In this document: positions 7,561 through 14,554 of the stretch, in pieces
Layout of the letters: each line of letters begins with the position of its first letter
How positions within the stretch are numbered: position 1 is the stretch's first letter
DNA from: a virus
Taxonomy: Duplodnaviria > Heunggongvirae > Uroviricota > Caudoviricetes
Length of the DNA stretch: 19,926 nt
IMG/VR virus record: IMGVR_UViG_2802428982_000005
Span: 1 to 19,926 of that record
Direction: 5' to 3' (one strand)
Translations under genes and position numbers: made by a program
The notes under the pieces: generated by a model
Databases searched by the model: none
The model's input: the letters and a program-made list of their open reading frames with translations, nothing else
What the model was told of the DNA's origin: nothing

Positions 7561-8565
7561 ATGACAACTACAAGGGGGACTGGACCGGCGCCGCTACCGG
7601 CGCCACCAGAATGGCAGGGGATAATCGCGAAGTACCGCACCGCTTTGGAGGCGGACGGTAGCCCGCGGACGACCATCGCGACACGCATGTCGCACCTTCA
7701 CCGATTAGCCCGCGGACTGGATGCGGCGCCCTATGAGGTAACCGAGGAAACGCTCATCGAGTGGTTTGCTAAGCAAAAACACTGGCAACGCGAAACTCGT
7801 CGCGGATACCGGACGACAACTCGGGGGTTTTTCGGCTGGGCGCATGCCAAGGGACACCTTTTGTCTAACCCAGCCGCCGGGCTGGAGGCCGTCTCGCCGG
7901 AGCCACCGGCACCTAAACCGGCACCAGATCGCGTGTGGAAAGAGTCGCTTCTGGCGGCCGACCCGCGCACCATGGTCATGCTGTACCTGGCCTGTGATGG
8001 CGGGTTACGACGCGGTGAAGTCGCCGCCGTGCACACAGACGACCTACTGGAGGGCATCGGGGGATACCTTCTGGTCGTTCATGGGAAGGGCGGCAAGGAT
8101 CGGACCATACCCATTTCCGATGACCTCGCGGACATGGTCGCGGCCGGGCCAGGTGGTCACACCCCGGGCCTAGGGTCGGGCGGGTATCTATTCCCTGGCG
8201 ACGACAACGGGCACCTGTCCCCGCGATGGGTCGGCAAGTTGTGTGCGAAGGCGATGCCGGGTGTGTGGACGATGCACAAGCTGCGCCACCGTTTCGCTAC
8301 ACGTGCATACCGGGGCACACGGGACATACGCGCCGTGCAGGAGTTGTTGGGCCACTCATCGGTTGCTACTACGCAGCTATACACCGCTGTGGATGACGAC
8401 GAAAAGCGGGCAGCCATGATGGCTGCCTCCTCTGGACCGCCCCCTCTAGCGAAGGCGGCAAGGTGGGCTGGCAGCGCAGTCGCAGGCGGCGCCGCTGCCG
8501 TCGCTGTTATTGCATCAACGGCATTACTATCTGATCAATTGCCCCCGTTATACCCCGGAAGTTAA
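7561..8565 (+). CDS. Tyrosine recombinase, Rv2646-like (no arm-binding domain), with hydrophobic C-terminal extension
   Basis: GLRRGE, HGKGGK, HKLRHRFAT, LLGH and QLYT motifs, with strong resemblance to recalled Rv2646. The ATG at 7561 is preferred over the track TTG at 7492. Confidence 0.9.
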   Translation: MTTTRGTGPAPLPAPPEWQGIIAKYRTALEADGSPRTTIATRMSHLHRLARGLDAAPYEVTEETLIEWFAKQKHWQRETRRGYRTTTRGFFGWAHAKGHLLSNPAAGLEAVSPEPPAPKPAPDRVWKESLLAADPRTMVMLYLACDGGLRRGEVAAVHTDDLLEGIGGYLLVVHGKGGKDRTIPISDDLADMVAAGPGGHTPGLGSGGYLFPGDDNGHLSPRWVGKLCAKAMPGVWTMHKLRHRFATRAYRGTRDIRAVQELLGHSSVATTQLYTAVDDDEKRAAMMAASSGPPPLAKAARWAGSAVAGGAAAVAVIASTALLSDQLPPLYPGS

Positions 8566-8590
8566 GCAGGCGCCGGTAGGGTTACGCCGC

Positions 8591-8887
8591 ATGCCTGCCC
8601 GCAAGTCACCTTGGCTAAACGCACGAGCAAACCTGCTCATCCAGACGCTAGCCGAGCAATACGGGCTGACCATCAGCGAGAGCACTGCCCGCGAGGACGT
8701 CTCCGCGCATGTGGATTTCGTTGCCGAGCGCATGCGGATTCAGCGGCGCGCGGCGAAGGCGTACGTCACCGAGGACGTTATCCACGGGTTAGCGGAGCAC
8801 ATCGCGAAATGCGTCAGGGAAGCGCTCGACGCTGCACCGGAGGGTGCAGCGGAACCGCCGAGACTCCGGGTCGTCGACCCTGAATAG
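8591..8887 (+). CDS. Hypothetical protein (98 aa)
   Basis: MPARKSPWLNARANLLIQTL...LRVVDPE. Follows the recombinase and ends at a strong hairpin. Start chosen at ATG 8591. Confidence 0.7.
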   Translation: MPARKSPWLNARANLLIQTLAEQYGLTISESTAREDVSAHVDFVAERMRIQRRAAKAYVTEDVIHGLAEHIAKCVREALDAAPEGAAEPPRLRVVDPE

Positions 8888-8924
8888 AAGGAGGGCCACC
8901 CATCCCCTCGGGTGGCCCTCCTTC
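8887..8924. terminator. Hairpin between convergent genes (probably bidirectional terminator)
   Basis: Perfect 15-bp stem GAAGGAGGGCCACCC / GGGTGGCCCTCCTTC with an 8-nt loop. Confidence 0.8.
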
Positions 8925-8935
8925 CCCTACAGCAG

Positions 8936-10120
8936 TCAGCGACCGGCGGCCACGAGCATGGCGTCCACACCGGTCGCCGCGAATTCGTTGGAGCGGTCGA
9001 CGTCGGCAATCAGCTGGGCGTACGACGTGACGGCCTGCATGACGCCGCCCGCGGTCATCTGGCCACCTTTGATGAAGTGGTCCAGGATTCCGCGCTGTTC
9101 GTCCTGGCTGTAGGACAGCTTCTTGGCCACGACCTCGATCACGTCGGCTGGGGCGGTGAGCGGGGTGCCGCTGGTCTCCTCCAGCTTCTCAATAGCGGTC
9201 TTCACGTAGTCGACGTTCATGAAGGAGGCTACGGCGTCGCGGACCTGCTTCTTGATCAGGTCGTTGGCGGCGTCGATGGTGTCTGCCGACCAGTTCACCT
9301 TGCCGTCGTCCAGCTTCTTGCCGAGGTGGATCTTGCGCATGGCGTCGGCGTTGATGGTGAGGCCGTTGTCGCAGATCCTGATACGCAGCTCTGGGGTGAT
9401 GGTGAGTGCGCCGCCGCCGGTCTCGCTGTTGGTGACCAGCATTCCGGCGTAGACGACGGGCAGGGTGTTGGCGGCTTCGCCGCCGTGTGCTGTGCCTGCC
9501 CAGGGTGAGCGGTAGCCCTCCAGCAGCTTGGGTGCAACGACCTCCAGCTCCGGTGCGGTCACCCGCAGGTACAGCCGCTCGTCGGACAAGTCGGCGCCGC
9601 GGATGTGCTGGGCGCCGAGACCGGCCGCGCGCATCCCATCGAGCAGTGCGAGCACGGTGTCGAGGTTGTCGCGGATGCCGTACCGGTCTGACAGCACGGC
9701 GCGGACGATGCCGTGGGTGCCGGGGTACATGGGGTCGCTGCCCGACAGCATGCGGACGAGGACCTTCTTGGCAGGGTCGTGCACCCGGGCCAGTTCGTTG
9801 ACGTTGGTGTCCATCAGTTCCAGGTGCTGCGCGCGCAGCTTGCGGACATAGCGGGTGGGGATGTCGAGGACGTCGCCGAGCTGGCTGTCGGAGCGGTCGG
9901 TCATCCGGTAGGTCCCGTTGAAGTCGGTGACGCCTTCGTCGTTGATGTCGGGCGCCTGGTCCGAGATGACCAGGTTGCCGCTGGTGAACCGGACGTCGGA
10001 GACGGGCATGACTACGTCTACCTTCTGCCGGTGCTGCTGCTCCAGCAGCGTGATGAGGTTTCCGATGTTGGCGTTGCGCAGGGTGCGGGCGGGTATTGCG
10101 GGCAGTGTTGGTGCGGTCAT
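8936..10120 (-). CDS. DUF932-like mobile-element protein (394 aa)
   Basis: RAVLSDRY..RDN, NSETGGGAL.ITP...RICDNGL and RKIHLG motifs resemble DUF932 family proteins. ATG 10120 with RBS AGGAGG. The track start at 10228 crosses a terminator. Confidence 0.75.
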   Translation of the reverse strand: MTAPTLPAIPARTLRNANIGNLITLLEQQHRQKVDVVMPVSDVRFTSGNLVISDQAPDINDEGVTDFNGTYRMTDRSDSQLGDVLDIPTRYVRKLRAQHLELMDTNVNELARVHDPAKKVLVRMLSGSDPMYPGTHGIVRAVLSDRYGIRDNLDTVLALLDGMRAAGLGAQHIRGADLSDERLYLRVTAPELEVVAPKLLEGYRSPWAGTAHGGEAANTLPVVYAGMLVTNSETGGGALTITPELRIRICDNGLTINADAMRKIHLGKKLDDGKVNWSADTIDAANDLIKKQVRDAVASFMNVDYVKTAIEKLEETSGTPLTAPADVIEVVAKKLSYSQDEQRGILDHFIKGGQMTAGGVMQAVTSYAQLIADVDRSNEFAATGVDAMLVAAGR

Positions 10121-10159
10121 GATTTCCTCCTGATTGATGTTTGCTTGACCGATAGCTCG

Positions 10160-10192
10160 AATGTATAGCGCACTATACGTTCTAGGCAAGCG
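10160..10192 (-). promoter_or_regulatory. Promoter with palindromic operator copy 1 (DUF932-like gene)
   Basis: GTATAGCGCACTATAC at 10163-10178. The minus strand reads TTGCCT-N18-TACATT with the palindrome between and overlapping these elements. Confidence 0.75.
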
Positions 10193-10200
10193 TGAGCATG

Positions 10201-10241
10201 AAGAAAAAGAAATCACCCCCGCCCACATGGGACGGGGGTGA
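10201..10241 (-). terminator. Intrinsic terminator after the 105-aa gene
   Basis: Stem TCACCCCCG/CGGGGGTGA extended by CCC/GGG, followed on the minus strand by TTTCTTTTTCTT. Confidence 0.8.
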
Positions 10242-10258
10242 GAAGTAACCAGGAGGAT

Positions 10259-10576
10259 TCAGTCGGCAACCGCGGGAATCACGCGGGGCCAGAAGTGGAT
10301 ACGGCCCTGGCGATGACAAGGCCCGAGGGATTCGATGGCCCTACGGATCGCGTCGACGTCGCCACCTCCCTGCCGGGCCGCCACTACCACCGCGACCTCG
10401 TATCCGAACTCGACGACACGGTCGCCGCGGTAGGCCAGGCACGGCGGCAGGTGACCCCGGCCGACCCAGTCGAATGCCGGACGTACGTCCGAGTGCGGTT
10501 CGTGAACAAGCATGGAGCGGCTGACTGCATCCAGCTCGTCCGCGGTCAGCGTGATTGCAGTGCTTGCAATTGACAT
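10259..10576 (-). CDS. Hypothetical protein (105 aa)
   Basis: ATG 10576 with AGGGAAGG upstream. Has its own promoter/operator upstream and terminator downstream. Confidence 0.7.
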   Translation of the reverse strand: MSIASTAITLTADELDAVSRSMLVHEPHSDVRPAFDWVGRGHLPPCLAYRGDRVVEFGYEVAVVVAARQGGGDVDAIRRAIESLGPCHRQGRIHFWPRVIPAVAD

Positions 10577-10615
10577 GGTGGGACCTTCCCTAGTGTTCGC
10601 TGGCAATCCTGCTTG

Positions 10616-10645
10616 AACGTATAGCGTGCTATACGTTGTGTCGAG
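10616..10645 (-). promoter_or_regulatory. Promoter with palindromic operator copy 2 (105-aa gene)
   Basis: AACGTATAGC-GT-GCTATACGTT (10616-10637), a 10-bp perfect inverted repeat. The minus strand reads TCGACA-N17-TACGTT. Confidence 0.75.
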
Positions 10646-10698
10646 AGGTTTATCGTCAACGCCCCCTTATCGCGGCTACCCCGGTTTAAAGTTCGGCC

Positions 10699-11148
10699 AT
10701 GAGAATTAGGTGGGGGCTGTACATGGCGGTTGCAGCGGCCGTGACAGCGGGGTGCAGCGGTGGGACGGTGCAGGAAGCGACGGCCACCGTGCCGCAGAAG
10801 CCAGTGATACTGCCCCAGGCGGCCGTCGACATGAGTGGATGGAAGGCCGAAATCATGGCCTCCAGCCCGGAGGCATCACCCGACATGGCGCGCCTGTACG
10901 AGCTGACCGTGGCCGACTGCGACAAGACCGTCGACGAATTCGAGTCGATGATTGCCGCCGACACCGACGGCACCATGGCCATCGTCCGGCGCGGGATGCG
11001 CTACGTGTGCCCAACCCGCCTAGAAAGGGTTAACCAGGCCCAGTCCAACAACAACCGCGGCGGCCGGGAGGTAGACCGGGCTTGCGCAACGGCACCAACA
11101 CAACGGACCGACAGACAGCGCGAGCTAGCCGACGCTACGGGCTGCTGA
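10699..11148 (+). CDS. Putative lipoprotein (DUF732-like C...YxCP motif)
   Basis: Signal peptide with lipobox TAGC (Cys19) and four further Cys residues. Confidence 0.75.
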   Translation: MRIRWGLYMAVAAAVTAGCSGGTVQEATATVPQKPVILPQAAVDMSGWKAEIMASSPEASPDMARLYELTVADCDKTVDEFESMIAADTDGTMAIVRRGMRYVCPTRLERVNQAQSNNNRGGREVDRACATAPTQRTDRQRELADATGC

Positions 11149-11153
11149 ACGCT

Positions 11154-11579
11154 CTACGCCGAACCACCCTCGGGCCATCCATTTGGGGTTCGCTGCCATT
11201 TTCCACCCTCGCACATCAGTAGAGCCAACTCTCGTTTCCGCTGAGCCCCTTCAGGTGTTGGGACGTAGGTGAGTCCCGGTACACCCTCTTGCGGGCATGA
11301 TGATCCGACACCGTTATCGGCGACTCTTATGGCCCACCAACGGCCCAACTCAGGCTTGTCATGACTTCGTTGTCGACACTCAAGCTCCAGACCCGAGGCG
11401 TCTTGCGCACGCCATTCATTGGACGGGCATTCGGTACCAGCTGCACGTATGGGTCGACCATATGCGCCTGTGGAAGTGGTGGGTACCGTCGGCTCGGACG
11501 ATGGCCTGTTGCACCCACTTACTGCGAGTAGTGTCACGAGTATCGTTGTTGCGAAACGTAATTGCTGTACTGTTACCAT
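11154..11579 (-). CDS. Putative lipoprotein; candidate immunity protein of the upstream effector
   Basis: Lipobox VSGC (Cys23), two G..C...L.C...W repeats. The start overlaps the last 7 bp of the effector gene. Confidence 0.75.
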   Translation of the reverse strand: MVTVQQLRFATTILVTLLAVSGCNRPSSEPTVPTTSTGAYGRPIRAAGTECPSNEWRAQDASGLELECRQRSHDKPELGRWWAIRVADNGVGSSCPQEGVPGLTYVPTPEGAQRKRELALLMCEGGKWQRTPNGWPEGGSA

Positions 11580-13819
11580 TTGCGATGCGCCTGATTGGTT
11601 CCGAGCGACTCCTGGGTGATCCAGTGATCCGTATCGAAGTTGTGTCGTTCTAAGGCCGCCTTCAAAGCAGTTTCAGCAGAAGGGTCCGCCCCAATTTTGA
11701 ACGGATCTAGTTGTCCGCCAGTGATGTAGCTAGCCAAGCCGTTGTCATTCGCAATGCTAGGGTCCGATTGGATGAGCCCGTCAAGAATGGCCCGATAGCT
11801 GTCGAGGGCGCTGAAACCGTACGGACCAGTGGTGACCATCTTGTTGGCGACATCCGCGGGGTTACTACTATTGCCTTGGAGTGCTTGGTCGATGGCTTCA
11901 ATCGGGTTGAGCACCTTGTCGATACCAAGTTGGCCAGTGATCCAGTCACCGAGCTTCTTGGTAGCTGGCTCATCCTCCTTGGTGTTGAGGGCGTCCATCG
12001 CGCCGTCAAGCATACCCTGTTGGATCTGACCGCCCACTTTGAATTCATGATCTCGCATTGCTCGGTGTTCTGGTGTATCGGTGGGCATTTGGGCGGCCTC
12101 GGACAGGTTGTGCGTGTATTCCTGGTAGGCGCCGCCGTTGATGATCTTGGCGGCGTCCTCGTTGCGGTCCAGGTTGGCCATCAGGTTCTTGGCTTGATCA
12201 GCGTTGTCGAATGCCTTGATCCCTGGGGCATCCGGATTGTCGGCACCGAACAGCTCGGCGACGTGTGAACCTTCAAGCCGCGCCGTAGTTTTGGCCAGTT
12301 CGGGGTTGGCCTCGGCCCACGAATCCCCAGTGAAATGCTGGCCCGGTCCCGGCAGGTCCCGCAAAGCATCCTGATGCCCTGGATCAGCCAGGTAGTGGGC
12401 CTGCTCGTTGGCGACCTGCTGCGCCAGCGGGTTGTTGGGGTCGTCGGCGGCCCATTCCAGGACATCATCGACCTTGGCGCCTTGATCGCCCCAGTGCTGT
12501 TCATTGAGCGCCCGCAAGAACGAGTCCGCACCCGGTGAAGCACTTTCGGGCTCGCGGGCCATTTCGGCGATGTCCACGTGATCGGCGCTGCCAGCCTGAA
12601 ACATATCGGCCACCGCAGACTTGAAATCACCGCGCGCATCGGTGGTGATGCCGCTGGTGAAGTCCTTCAAATCGTTGTTGTGGGTGTTGATCTCGGCATT
12701 GGAGTAGTCCGAGGCTGCGCCGAGCATCGCCTGGGCGGCCTCCGAGCCGTTCAGGTATCCGGGGGTGACGCCCTGGAAAATGTTGGCGACATCCTGCATA
12801 TCGGCGACACCGCGTAGCTCGGTCTGTGGCCCGCCGTACCCGCGCGCGGCGTTGTCGAACGAGACTCCCACCCGGTCGGCGCGAGTGAGTGCTTCGCGCA
12901 CCCCATCGGGCAGGTTCGCCACGCTGCCAGCGGTGGGGATGAAGTTGCCTCGGCTGGCTTCGGTGACCCCGGCCTTGTTGTCGATCCCCGAGCGAATGTT
13001 TTTGTTGGACACCATCGCCAGCGCGTCCTTGACTGCCGTGCGGTCCTGCGGGTTCTGTATCCCGTTGAGGAACGCATTGACCTCGCCGGGTGTCTTGCCG
13101 TCCAACGACCGGGACAGCTGGTACAGGTACTGCATCTGGTTGGACGGGATGGTTACCGGCTTGCCAGCGGCCAACGCGTCAACCTGCTCGGGTGAAAGGA
13201 CGCTGGCGGCCCGCACCCGTTTGATCAGCTCAGGATCGACATAGCCGCCTTGCAGCGCCGAGCCGTCCTCGTTACCGCGCGCGGCATCCAGACCGCCCAC
13301 CGGGGCCAGCAGGGTATCTAGGTCCATCGCGTCGGTCTGGCTGGCCGCTTCCAGGTCGGCAGCACCCCACGCGTCATACATCCGTTGTAGCCGCGCCTGA
13401 ATATTGGCGGCGTACTCCGCACCTTTGGCGACCTGTTCCTTGGACGCACCCGGTGGAGCGTCCCATTCCACAGTCAGGTCATCGGCAATTTTGTAGTGGT
13501 CGCCGGTCGCCTGGTCGTGCAGGCTGATACAGGCGTTCTGCTGCTCCAGCGCCCGCGATAGCGAGTCAATGACGTTGGGGGCGCCGTTGAGGATGGCTTG
13601 CCCGGCACCGAGAAACACCTTCTCATCGCTGCTGGCGGTCTCGCGTGCCGCATCGGATGCGGCGCCGTCCCAGTACTGGCCACCGGGACGCTCCACCGCT
13701 GTCTTGTAGTCCGCGCCCGTCTGCTGAATCTCGACCCCGGCCACCATCGCCTGACGCATCAGCTCGATATTGGCCTTCGTCGGCGTCGAGAGCAGCAGTT
13801 GATACGACCGCGCGGACAT
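11573..13819 (-). CDS. Putative type VII (ESX)-secreted polymorphic effector with N-terminal WXG100-like domain
   Basis: 748 aa with a helical N-terminus carrying a WDG motif near residue 50. TGATG-coupled to the upstream small WXG-like gene and followed by a coupled lipoprotein. The C-terminal domain is not recognised. Confidence 0.75.
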   Translation of the reverse strand: MSARSYQLLLSTPTKANIELMRQAMVAGVEIQQTGADYKTAVERPGGQYWDGAASDAARETASSDEKVFLGAGQAILNGAPNVIDSLSRALEQQNACISLHDQATGDHYKIADDLTVEWDAPPGASKEQVAKGAEYAANIQARLQRMYDAWGAADLEAASQTDAMDLDTLLAPVGGLDAARGNEDGSALQGGYVDPELIKRVRAASVLSPEQVDALAAGKPVTIPSNQMQYLYQLSRSLDGKTPGEVNAFLNGIQNPQDRTAVKDALAMVSNKNIRSGIDNKAGVTEASRGNFIPTAGSVANLPDGVREALTRADRVGVSFDNAARGYGGPQTELRGVADMQDVANIFQGVTPGYLNGSEAAQAMLGAASDYSNAEINTHNNDLKDFTSGITTDARGDFKSAVADMFQAGSADHVDIAEMAREPESASPGADSFLRALNEQHWGDQGAKVDDVLEWAADDPNNPLAQQVANEQAHYLADPGHQDALRDLPGPGQHFTGDSWAEANPELAKTTARLEGSHVAELFGADNPDAPGIKAFDNADQAKNLMANLDRNEDAAKIINGGAYQEYTHNLSEAAQMPTDTPEHRAMRDHEFKVGGQIQQGMLDGAMDALNTKEDEPATKKLGDWITGQLGIDKVLNPIEAIDQALQGNSSNPADVANKMVTTGPYGFSALDSYRAILDGLIQSDPSIANDNGLASYITGGQLDPFKIGADPSAETALKAALERHNFDTDHWITQESLGTNQAHRKW

Positions 13820-14148
13820 CAGCGATCACCCATCGGTACGTCACGGGTCAGCGCCAACCCTGCTGCCGACCGGATGGTCTGAGTGATGTGCTCCTCGGTG
13901 TCCCCGAACTGGGTCACCGTCTGCGCGGACAGGTCAGCCACGGTGTTCAGGCGTGCGGCCAAACTCCGCTGCATGTTCGGGATGGACTTGCTCACCAGCT
14001 TGCTGATAGCCACCGTCGCCGGGGAACGACCAGACTCACCGCCAGGGTGGCTACTGGCGGCCTTCGTCAGCCTGGTCGCCAACCCCTGTAAATCCGGCGA
14101 CAGCTTGCCCAGCGCCTCCAGATCAATTTTGAGTTTGTCGTCGGACAT
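13819..14148 (-). CDS. Small ESX-secretion-associated helical (WXG100/EspC-like) partner protein
   Basis: 109 aa, LKIDLEALGKL N-terminus, helix-turn-helix hairpin composition and C-terminal FxxxE (FGDTE), resembling the YxxxD/E type VII signal. Confidence 0.72.
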   Translation of the reverse strand: MSDDKLKIDLEALGKLSPDLQGLATRLTKAASSHPGGESGRSPATVAISKLVSKSIPNMQRSLAARLNTVADLSAQTVTQFGDTEEHITQTIRSAAGLALTRDVPMGDR

Positions 14149-14188
14149 TGGCCCCGCCCTAATCGGAAGTACTCCGCTATGTCATTGG

Positions 14189-14209
14189 GTGCACGGTAAC
14201 ACCGTGCAC
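14189..14209. repeat. 9-bp perfect inverted repeat between HTH gene and WXG-like gene
   Basis: GTGCACGGT-aac-ACCGTGCAC. Confidence 0.7.
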
Positions 14210-14232
14210 TGTGGACGTCAGCAGAAGGACAG

Positions 14233-14454
14233 CTAATCGTTGGAAGTCTGGCAAATCTTGTATATGCCGTCGCGTGTCACTTCGGCATCGCGCGCCAGTG
14301 CCGTTGCACCGACGCCCAGGTCCCGGGCTGCCTTTATCGCCGCGTAAAACTCGGCATCGAGGCGCTTGCGCGTGGTCTCGTGGCGGTGACGGCGACGTGC
14401 CAGACGTCGGACAGCCAACCGGGCTGCCTCCTGCGCATCCGACGTTGCACCCAT
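14233..14454 (-). CDS. Small HTH DNA-binding protein (73 aa), probable autorepressor, probably leaderless
   Basis: C-terminal HTH-like segment AIKAARDLGVGATALARDAEVTRDGIYKI. -10 hexamer TATACT lies 6 nt before the ATG, with no RBS. Confidence 0.78.
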   Translation of the reverse strand: MGATSDAQEAARLAVRRLARRRHRHETTRKRLDAEFYAAIKAARDLGVGATALARDAEVTRDGIYKICQTSND

Positions 14455-14460
14455 GGCCGC

Positions 14461-14477
14461 AGTATAGCGCGCTATAC
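14461..14477 (-). promoter_or_regulatory. Palindromic operator copy 3 overlapping the -10 of the HTH gene
   Basis: Perfect 16-bp palindrome GTATAGCGCGCTATAC at 14462-14477. The minus-strand TATACT is 14461-14466. Confidence 0.8.
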
Positions 14478-14505
14478 ACGAGTGGAGGCAACCGGCTGGT
14501 ACGGG

Positions 14506-14534
14506 AAAACGCCCCGGCCCGAAGGCCGGGGCGT
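14506..14534 (-). terminator. Intrinsic terminator ending the late tail/lysis transcript
   Basis: 11-bp perfect stem ACGCCCCGGCC/GGCCGGGGCGT, C(UUCG)G loop on the minus strand, followed by a short T run. Confidence 0.85.
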
Positions 14535-14554
14535 CCTCCAGCTATCGCGTGGGC

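Noticed and set aside
10321-10335. Second att core copy (GCCCGAGGGATTCGA resembles GCCCGAAGGGATTCGA)
   Set aside because: Short, needs a gap, flanks do not match, opposite coding context inside the 105-aa gene. Probably chance.
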